Numbered from the whole stretch's first letter, positions 36,441 through 50,876 are shown. The stretch is DNA of 63,451 nucleotides, filler included, from Octopus bimaculoides (GCF_001194135.2; 6 parts of 5 records of this genome joined end to end with filler, not necessarily neighbours in it), one strand, 5' to 3'. Made by a program: numbers and translations. Notes: generated by a model not told the origin, from the sequence alone.

Positions 36441-38228
36441 TACCACTCTGCCATAGAGTAAGAATGTGACTACAAATGAAAATGTGGTTGTACACTTTCT
36501 CACACTAATTGATACTCGTTTAGGATGCTCACATAAATATCAAAATATCCAATAGAAACACAGTCAAAGATATCTATAGTTGCCTTCTAATCATAGGTTA
36601 CAAACCTTCAACAACAATAAAAAAAAGGTTAACTCAAGTAATGCTCTACAATGAACATGTGACTGCAGGTTCCTTGAAAACTGTCCTTTGAACATAAAAG
36701 TGGATTGGGATGGAACTGGTATAGAGCAGAAATACCAGGGTAAACTCATATCCTTATATATTGTTAAGTTGGTCAAGGGTTGATTAGGTATTTTTATTTG
36801 GGGAGTTCTTCTCCAAGAGGCAAGCTTAGGCAAGGTTTATTTGGAAACCTTGTAGTTTTTCTTGTAACAAGTTTCCATTCTCCATTCAACTGATGTTGTC
36901 TTAAAGAAAGGCAAGGACTTATACAGCTTGGAGCTAGGGTTGTCACAAACAGACTGTAAATGTAAACATCCAGAATAAATATTCTTGATCCACTGCCCCA
37001 GGCTATTATTATCCACACTGGAAGGACAAAAGTTGCAGTTGGCTTTCTGGGGTTTTGAATTCAGGATCTAATAAACCATGAATAACTACAAGACATTTTG
37101 TTTAACAATTATGCCTTTCCAGTACCTGAAGGAAATATCTTGGTTTAAAATTCTAACCGTATTCTAAAAAGAATAAGGTTTCAATTCTAGTCATTTCGAG
37201 TTTATAACAAATGTCTGTATATCATAATTGAAGTAACTAATGAATTTTCATTAAAATCTCACTGGATTTTAATTATTACAAATTATTATAAGTATTATTG
37301 TAAGTTTGGAGACTTAAAGATGACTAAAGCAACTGCAAAATGTAGAAAAAAAAAAAAAGTTAAAAAAGTTAATTTTTACTTTTTATAGATTATTGAATAA
37401 ATGGAAGTGGTGTGGAGGGGGTGTATGTTGTTTACTTTTACATCTGTGAGAAATTCTATCCCTAAAGATTGTTTAGAATGGCTGAGAATAATGGAAATAA
37501 ATGATATTCCTTGACAATGAAACAAATATTTGCTAAAACTCAATTGAAAAATGCAATGTTAAAAGTAAACATGGATTACTACAAGGGGAGAAAAATGATT
37601 CATATTTTTTGATTTATTTTCTACAGTTCTTCTGGAAAATGCCTGAAGACATTAAAAGACAACTTTTAAAAATAAATAGTAGATTAATTAGAGGATTTGG
37701 CAAATTCTCCGTGTTGGCATAATTAGGAAATATGCAGCAAATAATTCATTAGACTGAAATATAATTTGAAATGATATTTAACGTTAAATCAAACCTCATT
37801 TAAAATTATATGGAAATCTTTTTGGACTTTCATGGGTTTCTCTTTAACAAATCAATAAATATTTCCCATATTTAGTTCTCTATCATATTTATATTTAGTT
37901 CTATATCATATTTATATTTAGCTCTATATCATTTTATGGTTGTTTTATTACAGTGGCAGGCATTGGACATGTTTTCAAATTCAAACATTTGCTTGTTTTT
38001 ACAGCAAACGTTAATATGTCCCTTGTTACCAGTTATTCTTCAACAAAGCATTGTTTCATGTCTTCTGGCCATTAGAGATTGTACAAGCAGAGTTAGAGTT
38101 CATGTGTAGTAGAAATTTAATCTCTTCATCCACATCTATCGACAACATTATCAAAAATATGTATTATATAGATTTTCAACAACACATATATTATTATTAT
38201 TATTATCAAAATATGTTGTCAATATCGT

Positions 38229-38316
<88 letters not shown>

Positions 38317-41300
38317 ATGTATATATATACATATATATACACAGTCAAATACACACAAATTTTCTGATGAAGAATTGTGAATGAATATTTATATTGTAAT
38401 ATTTTTGGGGATATTTATTCCCAACCAACTTTGATTGTCATTTCCTCTTCATCTTCTTCAGATCCAGAGAAGCCAACATTAACTCAAAAATTTCAACAAC
38501 TGAACAAACCCTTCAAACTAACAGCAATCTATTTGATCCTGTTTTTCACACCAACTCAGGAGTTGATGGCAATTTCAATAACTTTATGTTCCTAGCAGCT
38601 GGAGACATAAAAGATCCAATTCAAAAAAAATCTTGTCTCATCTATCACATTCCACCATCATCAAATGTCCTTTATCAAAATTGGCACCAAAGTTATTTTC
38701 AGGAAAAACGATGTGGTGAAGTGGGGGGAACCCACCAAAAACAATAAGCAAACAATGAGCTCAAAACTTTGAAACATTTGCTGTGGGTAAGCATTGAAAG
38801 AGTAATGGCTATAAAGGGCAGTTTGAAACCCCCATAAAGGGCAGTTTGAAACCCCCATAAAGGGCAGCTGTAAAGAAAAAAAATGAAAGTCATATAAAAC
38901 ATGTTGCTAGAGTGGAAATTATTTCAAATAAACACATCAAAAATTCTACTGACAATGCTAGTAAAACTAAGACATTTAAATCACCAAAACTATTTCCAAG
39001 GATTCTACGAGCCAGGAAGCTTCCTGCATTGCAGAGGAAAAATACAAAATATTATTGGATAGCATTATGTCAAAAATAGTAAATAAAATAAAAGATAAGA
39101 GAAAAAAAAAATAGTTCAGTGAGGAAGAAAAACAAAGCAAAAATGTCCAGTGTATAAATAAAATAAAAGATATTTTTTTTTAATATAGAAATTTCATTTC
39201 TTTTATTCTTTACCTACGTCATTTGTGATCTATTCATTTACTCCTTTCACTAAACCGAGTAAAAATAAAAACCAAATTTACTTTTCATCTTTTCGATGAA
39301 TAAGATCACAAAGTAAATATGGATAGAATCTTTCGATAAACGGCAATGCCTTTGAACTGCCCCCTGCTCTTTTTAATAGACCTACACTGGAATATACTTG
39401 TACAATACAAGTCCATTGCCAATAATGTTATTGTGCTGGAGAAGAAATATTTACATTATTCTCTTTCCTGCCAGGATTTTCTTTAATCCTGGTGATGTGA
39501 TAAACTTGAAATTGAAGTAATTCTTCATAATTGAAACCACCTTTGAGAGAGTTCCATTTGTAAAGTCTGCTGGAAGACAACTGATTTTTTATGAACTCTG
39601 TCAATTTATTCTCTTGAATAAGATGAAAAAAAAATTAAATTCTTTATTTCTCTGAGAATGCCGTAGAACTACAAAATTCTTTTTATCCTGAGTCTTATAT
39701 CAGAAGGCATAAAACAAAATCTCTATTCAACTGTTATTGCCAATAAATATTGGCTAATAAATGCAGAGTTTTTCAAGAATGAAATGAAATCTGCTGAAGA
39801 ACATAAAATATATCAAAGTTATTTTTTAATATATTTTTATCAGCAATAAAACTCGACACAAAAGCAATGTGGTGCCCAATCTATAATATTGCAACTGACT
39901 AGTGGAAAATGGTCAAATAATTTCCAAACAGAAAAAAAAAACAAGACAAAAATCAAATCAAAACAATTCATATATTTATATATANNNNNNNNNNNNNNNN
40001 NNNNNNNNNNNNNNNNNNNNNNNNNNNNTTAATTAATTAANNNNNNNNNNNNNNNNNNNNNNNNNNNNNNNNNNNNNNNNNNNNTATATACATACATACA
40101 TACATACATACATACATACATACATACATACATACGTACGTACATACATATCTAATTTTCTTTTCCTTCTATTTTCTGACATGCTCTCGATTACGATGGC
40201 GAGTGTTCCAGCTGATCCGATCAACGGAACAATCAGCTCGTGAAATTGACCTGCATGTAGCTGAGCACTCCCACAAACACGTATACCTTTAACTTATTTC
40301 TCCGGGAGATTTAGCGTGACATAGAGTGTGACAAGGCTGGCCCTTTGAATTACAGGTACAACTCATTTTTGCCAGAACAGTGAACTGGAGCAACCTGAAA
40401 TGAGTGTCTTGCTCAAGAACACAACGCGCCACCGGGAATTGAACTCACGACCTTATGTTCGTGCGCCGAGTGCCCTAACCACTAAGCCACGTACCTTGAA
40501 GAACTATCTTTTGAAAAACCTTAGGAATCTCCAGTGACTATATAAATACCAGGAGCGAGATTTTTTCTCCATGTTCGCATGTTACAAAATATATCTTAGC
40601 GGAAATTAAGAATAAACCACCAGACACATCATAACACATTCCGGTGTTGGCTTGTATCATTTTTGGTATTCCTTATATTTAGTATGAAGTTAATTATCTT
40701 GATTTCTCTCTGTCTTTTTTTTCTAAATGCACATGCTCATTCAAGCATCAACTGCACCGAAAGTAGTTGCTAAACCGCCTTGTTTTTAAATACAAGCTCG
40801 ATATATGGCAAAATAAATTGATATTTCAGCCGAGAAAACCTAGGGAGCTACATTTATTGCGGAGTCATTTTTTCTGTAGCAGGCATCGTGTATTGTTGAA
40901 ACAGTAACATTATGTCGAGGTTTGAATTTGTACCTCGATGACATTTTTGACAGTTGCTACTTATATGCCTTATTTCCTCTACAGAAGAGTGACATATTCC
41001 ACGCTTGCGGTGGTATTTTAGTATTTTAAGGGCTTCGCTGTCTCTTTTGTTCGTGAGACATTTTATAGCCATCTCCTGCTCTTAGATTGCAAAAATGTAG
41101 CTTTCAAGATGTGACGTTATACAGGGGTCACGAGTTTAAAAGTGACTAGACATCATATTGATACTGTCGTCCTTGTCTAGTTTACGACGAAACATACGAT
41201 TGCATAACCTTTTTATTAGTATGTAGAGTGTTTTTTCTCTGGGTCTTTGCTGAGATAAGCGAGCCCTGCACGTATGGGGCTTATGAGGCGGCCATTAGAA

Positions 41301-41349
41301 AGTGGATGTTTTTTGAGGAGCTTGCTGCCGACCTTACAGGATGTACACG

Positions 41350-41424
<75 letters not shown>

Positions 41425-42879
41425 ACACACATCATACCACATCATTTCATACCACACACCATACACTTATACAATGAGAATCTGGCTGTTGTCCCTGAGA
41501 AGGACGTGTAATAACAGCCGATACACTTAACTCATCATTCGGCTGACTAACTAATGGATGACTTCATATTTTAGATGTTGGGAGGAGGGTTTACTAGAAT
41601 CCATTGTTGGTCTGTTTGTTGTCTTAGTTGATAGTATTCTAAATAAAATAAGATGATGGTTGGTTTACCATTATCATTCCCACTATTGCTGTGTGTGTGT
41701 GCGCGCACACACGTATCTGTCTGTCTGTCTCTCTCTCTATCTTTCTCTTCCTCATACATACATACGTATGTGGGGGCATTTCGTATGTTGTGAAACGCAG
41801 TTAAATGAAAATTATTCTTATTCTTGTAAGGATGTTACTGTGGAATAATATTATTTATTCAAAATTGGATTCTGCGTGAATCGCTGCTAGGTGTTTCTGA
41901 TAACCTTTTTCAAACGACTGGCGCTTTTGTCATGTACTCACCAGGTGACGCTCAAAAACAAAAATATGGTGGGGTTTATTAGTTTCAGAGGTATTCTAGT
42001 AACATATATATATATATATGTATGTATATGTATGTACGTATGTATGTATATATGTATGCATATAGATATGTATATATATNNNNNNNNNNNNNNNNNNNNN
42101 NNNNNNNNNNNNNNNNNNNNNNNNNNNNNNNNNNNNNNNNNNNNNNNNNNNNNNNNNNNNNNNNNNNNNNNNNNNNNNNNNNNNNNNNNNNNNNNNNNNN
42201 NNNNNNNNNNNNNNNNNNNNNNNNNNNNNNNNNNNNNNNNNNNNNNNNNNNNNNNNNNNNNNNNNCCTTTGGACGGTGTAATTTATTATATTGGCGCACT
42301 CCTTTGGACGGTCTAAGTTGAATTAGCCCGCAGTTAGAAGTCATTTCCAGTTGGTAAACGTAAAATGGTTAATTACCAATTTCGTTAGCAGTTTATTATA
42401 TGGTATTAAGCAACCTAAGTAATGAATAAAGCTTTCTGAACACAAATTTGGCAGTTAGTAATAAATGAAAGTCCATAAAATGAGATCGCAATTGCAGTAG
42501 GCATTAGAGATCCTATATCCTACCTGAAGCGTTTTGTAGCACGTAGTTCTTTTGCTCGTAATGCCTGACACAACTGCATTGAAGTTTTTCTCAATGAAAC
42601 TCATGTATGATAAATAAAAGCAAACATTTATAGCAAATACACGAATAGAATAATGGCATGAACAAAAATAAATGGCAGAGCATGCTTATGAGCCAACAGC
42701 GTGCGTGAAGTAAGAAGAGTCATTGAAGGTAATGTACTGTTAACGGCAATCGCGGAAATGAAGCAAAATGAAGCAAAATATCAATGTAGGAAGTCTGATT
42801 GCTAACGGCTACAGTTTGGCGTAGATGTGACGATTGCAGTAGAGGAGTAACTACTGTAGGGCTGCTTTGTAGACGATAT

Positions 42880-43365
42880 TTTAGTCTTTCCTTCAGGAGC
42901 ATAGATGAATAAGTTGTCTGGAAGGCCAAATCTGGAACAACCGATGTAGAACTGTCCATGTGAAAAACATGACGTTCGAATGTCCAATCCGACAACTTTC
43001 AGCGATTGACCTTGTGCTTTGTTAATTGTCATGGCGAAGCTGAGTTTGAGAGGGAACTGAAGTCTCCGCATACAGTAGGGACAGTCTGTTGGGGTTAGCG
43101 AAATTTTCGGAATAAAAACAGAATCGTTTTTGCCGTGTAGCATAATTTGGGCTTCAATGAAGTGGTCCATCATTTGTTTGGCCACATGGCGAGTTCCATT
43201 GCATAGCGTGGGTGCGTTTAGATTGCGTAGGAGGATGACAGGGCAACCTACTTTTAAGTGCAGTTCATGGGGAGAGAGTCCTGGAGGGTGTTGGGAGTTG
43301 TGAAAATCTGTTGGAAAGTGTGTAATATGATAGAGATTGGTAGCAGTGCTAACTGATCTGTAACA
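42880..43365 (-). mobile_element. Helitron RepHel fragment (PIF1 helicase C-terminal part)
   Basis: FPTDF..S..PPG..PHELHLKVGCPVILLRNLN...LCNGTR...FIPKI...RRLQFPLKLSFAMTINKAQGQSL..VGLD...CFSHGQFYIGCSR. The N-terminal part is absent. Confidence 0.9.
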
Positions 43366-43379
43366 ACATTGGTGAGGCG

Positions 43380-43757
43380 TGGAGAGGCTGGTATACATAG
43401 GCAACTGCTGGTCTTCCATAAACAACTTTGCCCTGACTTGTGTCTCGGAGGGTAACTTTCTAGGAGCAATCCCATGGTCATTCATGACCGAAGGAAGGGG
43501 TCTTTATCAATCAAGTAGTGACTCAATCAATTGTACGTACTCAAACACAATCCCTTCTGTATAATTATTATTTAGTAAACCAGAGTATGTCTCTTCATGC
43601 TTAAAAGTGACGTGTGATTGTTTTTGATTTTTTTCCACTCGTAGATACGCAACATCGGGAGATCTTTACTGGCAATCCCACAACTGGACTGTGGTTAAGA
43701 TGTTTTACAGATGCGAGATTCCAGGTTCATTTTGGTCAAGTGTCATGTGCCATAACC
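43380..43757 (+). repeat. Local direct duplication, copy 1 (copy 2 at about 45815-46165)
   Basis: About 350-380 bp of high identity, seen as the shared FLGAIPWSFMTEGRGLYQSSSDSINCTYSNTIPSV translation. Both copies run into N gaps. Confidence 0.85.
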
Positions 43758-45276
43758 TNNNNNNNNNNNNNNNNNNNNNNNNNNNNNNNNNNNNNNNNNN
43801 NNNNNNNNNNNNNNNNNNNNNNNNNNNNNNNNNNNNNNNNNNNNNNNNNNNNNNNNNNNNNNNNNNNNNNNNNNNNNNNNNNNNNNNNNNNNNNNNNNNN
43901 NNNNNNNNNNNNNNNNNNNNNNNNNNNNNNNNNNNNNNNNNNNNNNNNNNNNNNNNNNNNNNNNNNNNNNNNNNNNNNNNNNNNNNNNNNNNNNNNNNNN
44001 NNNNNNNNNNNNNNNNNNNNNNNNNNNNNNNNNNNNNNNNNNNNNNNNNNNNNNNNNNNNNNNNNNNNNNNNNNNNNNNNNNNNNNNNNNNNNNNNNNNN
44101 NNNNNNNNNNNNNNNNNNNNNNNNNNNNNNNNNNNNNNNNNNNNNNNNNNNNNNNNNNNNNNNNNNNNNNNNNNTATATATATGTATATATATATATCTA
44201 CATACATACATACACACATATACAAATATAGGCACAGGCGTGGCTGTGTGGTAAGAAGTTTGCTTTCCAACCACGTGGCTTCGGGTTCAGTTCCCCTGCG
44301 TGGCATCTTGAGCAAATGTCTTGTACTATAGGTTCGGGCTATAGTATATAGTATAATTGATAATTGCTGAGAAATCTTCTGTCGGCAAGAAACTAACGGT
44401 AGCCTTGTTAAGCCACAAATAAAGTGTTTTTAACCACCGATGCGGCGTTGAGCACTCATTCTTGCTGTTCAATATTGGCGGATGTATGTGTACATGATGG
44501 ATTCTCTTGTCATGAACGACAAATGAAGGCTCAGTAAAATATACCGTAAATCATGTTCTATGGACACGAATGTGTCTTTTGGGGCCTGCTAGAGCCTTGC
44601 AAACCTTTAGACAAATAGAACAAGTTGAGGACTTAATTTGCTGGAGTGCTTGTGGATCATTTACTCTGTGTTTTCTTGATATATAATGCTTTCTTCCTTT
44701 GTATAATTTCGGCAATAAATAAAATGAAAACGATTACCTCAACAGAACTTCATGTAAAGAACCTGGTTAGCAAAGTGTTCAAATAGCAGTGTAAAAACTA
44801 CACCTTTTAATCAACTAAAGAATGGTTGGTTATACTTCAGCTAATTATCCGAGGGGCACTCTGTAAATCTGAGGTATGCATATCAAATAGGTATGTCTTA
44901 ATTGTTGTAGAGTAAATAATAATTTCAATGAAGGAATAGAGAAGTGAAATTCATGTTATGTACGTTTCGTTGAAAGGCCGCTATTTTTTTGTTTTCATTA
45001 CATACAAGGGTTATATAAAGCTACATGATAAATCTAGACCAGTTCACTTCGTCAGGCATTCCTGTTTTGACTCACCATCTACTCATAAGTCTTGTATGTA
45101 ATATGAAATAAGTGACGGTCGTCCATCGAAACATACGTAATATTACTTAAACTTATCTGTTTTTTTTCATTAATAACATGAACATGTAATCGACTTACCC
45201 CGTCCCTCGAAATTGCTGGTCTTGTGCCAAAATTTGAAACCAGTATTACATGTGTGTGTGTGTATGTATGTATGTA

Positions 45277-45360
<84 letters not shown>

Positions 45361-45387
45361 GATAGTTTGTTAGATATATAGATTGAC

Positions 45388-45421
<34 letters not shown>

Positions 45422-47109
45422 TTTGTTAGATATGTAGATTGACAGATAGATAGATAGATATATGTATCACATTCTATATTGATGAAATGCAATTTCTGAG
45501 TAGGGATTGATATAATATTGGTAATTTCTTGCTGCTGTTGTTTTGTCTAAACTTTTCCTTGATTAATTAGATCTATCATCATGGGACCATTCCGTCATTT
45601 TGAATATATATTATCTCATATTACACGATCTAAGATGCCCCACATTGTTTTCGTAAGACGTGGGTGGGAATGATATTTGAGAGAGTTTTGGCTGCCATTT
45701 TTAACAGGTCTATGAGCAAGACACTTTATTTCACGTTCCTCCTGTTCACTCATCTATAGAAATGAGCTGTGACGTCACTGATGCCAAGCTGTATTGGCCT
45801 TTGTCGGTGGTGCGGAGTGGTGAGGCTGGTGTACACAGGCGACCGCTGGTCTTCCATAAACAAACTTGCCTGGATTTGTGCCTTGGAGGGGAGCTTTCTA
45901 GGAGCAATCCCATGGTCATTCATGACCGAAGGAAGGGGTCTTTATCAATCAAGTAGTGACTCAATCAATTGTACGTACTCAAACACAATCCCTTCTGTAT
46001 AATTATTACTTAGTAAGCCAGAGTATGTCTCTTCATGCTTAAAGGTGACGTACGATTGCTTTTGATTTTTTTCCACAAGTAGATACACAACATCGGGAGA
46101 TCTTTACTGGCAATCCCACAACTGGACGGTGAGACCGTGTGGTTAAGATGCTTGTTTTACAGATGNNNNNNNNNNNNNNNNNNNNNNNNNNNNNNNNNNN
46201 NNNNNNNNNNNNNNNNNNNNNNNNNNNNNNNNNNNNNNNNNNNNNNNNNNNNNNNNNNNNNNNNNNNNNNNNNNNNNNNNNNNNNNNNNNNNNNNNNNNN
46301 NNNNNNNNNNNNNNNNNNNNNNNNNNNNNNNNNNNNNNNNNNNNNNNNNNNNNNNNNNNNNNNNNNNNNNNNNNNNNNNNNNNNNNNNNNNNNNNNNNNN
46401 NNNNNNNNNNNNNNNNNNNNNNNNNNNNNNNNNNNNNNNNNNNNNNNNNNNNNNNNNNNNNNNNNNNNNNNNNNNNNNNNNNNNNNNNNNNNNNNNNNNN
46501 NNNNNNNNNNNNNNNNNNNNNNNNNNNNNNNNNNNNNNNNNNNNNNNNNNNNNNNNNNNNNNNNNNNNNNNNNNNNNNNNNNNNNNNNNNNNNNNNNNNN
46601 NNNNNNNNNNNNNNNNNNNNNNNNNNNNNNNNNNNNNNNNNNNNNNNNNNNNNNNNNNNNNNNNNNNNNNNNNNNNNNNNNNNNNNNNNNNNNNNNNNNN
46701 NNNNNNNNNNNNNNNNNNNNNNNNNNNNNNNNNNNNNNNNNNNNNNNNNNNNNNNNNNNNNNNNNNNNNNNNNNNNNNNNNNNNNNNNNNNNNNNNNNNN
46801 NNNNNNNNNNNNNNNNNNNNNNNNNNNNNNNNNNNNNNNNNNNNNNNNNNNNNNNNNNNNNNNNNNNNNNNNNNNNNNNNNNNNNNNNNNNNNNNNNNNN
46901 NNNNNNNNNNNNNNNNNNNNNNNNNNNNNNNNNNNNNNNNNNNNNNNNNNNNNNNNNNNNNNNNNNNNNNNNNNNNNNNNNNNNNNNNNNNNNNNNNNNN
47001 NNNNNNNNNNNNNNNNNNNNNNNNNNNNNNNNNNNNNNNNNNNNNNNNNNNNNNNNNNNNNNNNNNNNNNNNNNNNNNNNNNNNNNNNNNNNNNNNNNNN
47101 NNNNATATA

Positions 47110-47141
<32 letters not shown>

Positions 47142-47628
47142 GTCGTTATATGGGCGGTGAGCAACAGTGCACGCGTGTGTGCATGCTAGCATGTGTATTT
47201 GTGTATTAGATATGTTTAATAATACAGTCAGGAGACAGGCCAACTGGTGACCCAGTTAGGCATCGTGCAATAGTACAATATCCACTTTATTCTCATATAA
47301 AATATAATTTCTTTTTTTGTAACTCTATTAGATGTCCTTACTATGTACAATTATGGAAAGATCCAGGAGGGTGATAACCAGACTATACCACAAGGAATGT
47401 GACACATGCGAAACCGGAGACACGGTCTTATGAAAATGATAATGATATTTTTGTTGTTGTTGTTGTTGCTTTTTTTGCCGATAATAGCATATAAAATGCG
47501 GTTGCAGATGTTAGAGCTATGTATACATCCGCGTGCACATATTCACATACACGCATGTGTGTGTGTGTGTGTGTGTATTAATAAGGTGGGGCTTAACTAT
47601 AAAAGATACGATTAAAACTTCGAACGAA

Positions 47629-47693
47629 AGGCAGTAGAGCATAAGACTTTTTAAGTGATATGAGAGTCGCGGGTTCGAGTCCCTCTGCCAGCT
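47629..47693 (+). pseudogene. Degenerate tRNA-Lys(UUU)-like sequence
   Basis: GGCAGTAGAGCATAAGACTTTTTAA...GAGTCGCGGGTTCGAGTCCC resembles the tRNA-Lys D-loop, anticodon arm and T-loop. The acceptor stem is missing and the anticodon arm is disrupted. Confidence 0.45.
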
Positions 47694-47844
47694 CATGTGC
47701 TCATTTTATTAGCGCAGGTGTGGTTGTGCGGTTAAGAAGCTTGCTTCCCAGCCACGGTGATCTTGGGTTCAGTCCCACTACCTGGCCGAGGCAGCGCATT
47801 GAAAGGTTTAATAGAAATTTGGTTGACGGAAACTGAAAGAAGCC

Positions 47845-47884
<40 letters not shown>

Positions 47885-48441
47885 ACCCCTACCAACCGTT
47901 GTTGGTTTGTTACATCTCCGTAAACCAGCAGTTCGGCAAAAGGGCCCCACTAAAATAAGTACTAGGTTTAAAAAAAGAGTACTGGGGTTGCTTTGTTCGA
48001 CCAAAACCTCTCAAAGCGATGCCCCAGCATGGTCGCAGTCAAGTGACTGAAACAAATAAAAGGTAAAGATAAAGATAATAAACAAATTTTGAAGATTTAT
48101 AATTCTCCATTCTTCTTTATGATGTCTTGAATATATACTCCGTATTCTGTATAAAATCTATTGAAGAGAACTCGGGATTTGACTATCGAGTGAAGTACCG
48201 TGTAATTGTTTATCTTCGACAATTCTGTATGTTACTCTTTTACTCTTTTACTTGTTTCAGTCATTTGACTGGAGCACCGCCTTTAGTCGAGAAAATCGAC
48301 CCCAGGACTTATTCTTTGTAAGCTTAGTACTTATTCCATCGGTCTCTTTTTGCCGAACCGCTAAGTTACGGGGACGTAAACACACCAGCATCGGTTGTCA
48401 GGCGATGTTGGGGGGACAAACACAGACACACAAACACATAC

Positions 48442-48492
<51 letters not shown>

Positions 48493-49477
48493 NNNNNNNN
48501 NNNNNNNNNNNNNNNNNNNNNNNNNNNNNNNNNNNNNNNNNNNNNNNNNNNNNNNNNNNNNNNNNNNNNNNNNNNNNNNNNNNNNNNNNNNNNNNNNNNN
48601 NNNNNNNNNNNNNNNNNNNNNNNNNNNNNNNNNNNNNNNNNNNNNNNNNNNNNNNNNNNNNNNNNNNNNNNNNNNNNNNNNNNNNNNNNNNNNNNNNNNN
48701 NNNNNNNNNNNNNNNNNNNNNNNNNNNNNNNNNNNNNNNNNNNNNNNNNNNNNNNNNNNNNNNNNNNNNNNNNNNNNNNNNNNNNNNNNNNNNNNNNNNN
48801 NNNNNNNNNNNNNNNNNNNNNNNNNNNNNNNNNNNNNATATGCATGTGTGAGCGTGGGTGTTTATAATGTATATAAGTTAACACGCAGTTTACCGACGTA
48901 AAAAAAAAAGGTGAAAGTAAATTGTCCTAAAACAAAAAAGTAAATTGCGAAAGAAACCGGAAATGACGACAGTCTCTTACCCACATATACATTAGTTGAA
49001 TTATTATTATTATTGATCGAGTGAAATGGATCTTCTCAAAGGGGGGGGGAGGAATTGGTTCGTATAATCCCGGTGAATGCACAGGAACAATGCCACTGCT
49101 TCCCACCCGTTCTCTTTCTGCTGCTCATTAATTGTGCGGAATTACTGCATTGCTCATATATAACTGTGTTGGTTATCATGCGTTAACGTAGAAGCCACCG
49201 AACTGCCTTTTCAGCGATGTTCGTTGTTGTATATTGTACATTGAAATGATGTGTCCCACCTGCTATTTCTGGGCTACTTAACACATCACTAGAATGGACT
49301 ATACACGAAGGTGCCGCAGGACGTGGCACAATGAATGAGGTCTTTCGTTCTTTTTTATTATTATTATGAAATTTTGGTAGCTCTCTGTCGTCACTTCCGG
49401 TTTCTATCGCAATTTACTTTCATTTTTATTGTACAATTTATTTTTACTTTTTTTATGACGGTAACCTGCATGTTAAC

Positions 49478-49514
<37 letters not shown>

Positions 49515-50524
49515 NNNNNNNNNNNNNNNNNNNNNNNNNNNNNNNNNNNNNNNNNNNNNNNNNNNNNNNNNNNNNNNNNNNNNNNNNNNNNNNNNNNNNN
49601 NNNNNNNNNNNNNNNNNNNNNNNNNNNNNNNNNNNNNNNNNNNNNNNNNNNNNNNNNNNNNNNNNNNNNNNNNNNNNNNNNNNNNNNNNNNNNNNNNNNN
49701 NNNNNNNNNNNNNNNNNNNNNNNNNNNNNNNNNNNNNNNNNNNNNNNNNNNNNNNNNNNNNNNNNNNNNNNNNNNNNNNNNNNNNNNNNNNNNNNNNNNN
49801 NNNNNNNNNNNNNNNNNNNNNNNNNNNNNNNNNNNNNNNNNNNNNNNNNNNNNNNNNNNNNNNNNNNNNNNNNNNNNNNNNNNNNNNNNNNNNNNNNNNN
49901 NNNNNNNNNNNNNNNNNNNNNNNNNNNNNNNNNNNNNNNNNNNNNNNNNNNNNNNNNNNNNNNNNNNNNNNNNNNNNNNNNNNNNNNNNNNNNNNNNNNN
50001 NNNNNNNNNNNNNNNNNNNNNNNNNNNNNNNNNNNNNNNNNNNNNNNNNNNNNNNNNNNNNNNNNNNNNNNNNNNNNNNNNNNNNNNNNNNNNNNNNNNN
50101 NNNNNNNNNNNNNNNNNNNNNNNNNNNNNNNNNNNNNNNNNNNNNNNNNNNNNNNNNNNNNNNNNNNNNNNNNNNNNNNNNNNNNNNNNNNNNNNNNNNN
50201 NNNNNNNNNNNNNNNNNNNNNNNNNNNNNNNNNNNNNNNNNNNNNNNNNNNNNNNNNNNNNNNNNNNNNNNNNNNNNNNNNNNNNNNNNNNNNNNNNNNN
50301 NNNNNNNNNNNNNNNNNNNNNNNNNNNNNNNNNNNNNNNNNNNNNNNNNNNNNNNNNNNNNNNNNNNNNNNNNNNNNNNNNNNNNNNNNNNNNNNNNNNN
50401 NNNNNNNNNNNAACAACAACAACCACTGCAATAACAGCTCAAGATAAGCGATAAACACACACATAATACACAAATAACACACACACACACACACACACCA
50501 CACACACACACACATACACACACA

Positions 50525-50845
50525 CACAAACGATACAACGTATAATCACACACACATACACTCCCTAACACACGCATACACAGACAAGGATATAACGGAT
50601 AAAGGCACAATGTAACAGATAAGCACGTACACACACAAACACAAACACACACACACATACACACACGCACACGCGCACATGCACATACACACCTACACAC
50701 ACCTACACACACGCACACATAAACAAACAAGGGTATAAAGGATAAACATGAACACTCTCTCAAACATATAACAGATAAGCACACACACACACACACACAC
50801 ATACACACACACACACATACACACATACACACATACACACACACT

Positions 50846-50876
<31 letters not shown>

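Noticed and set aside
5299-50844. Many long ORFs containing X runs or YI, CV, HT and RE repeats
   Set aside because: They read through N gaps or dinucleotide microsatellites and have no coding signal.
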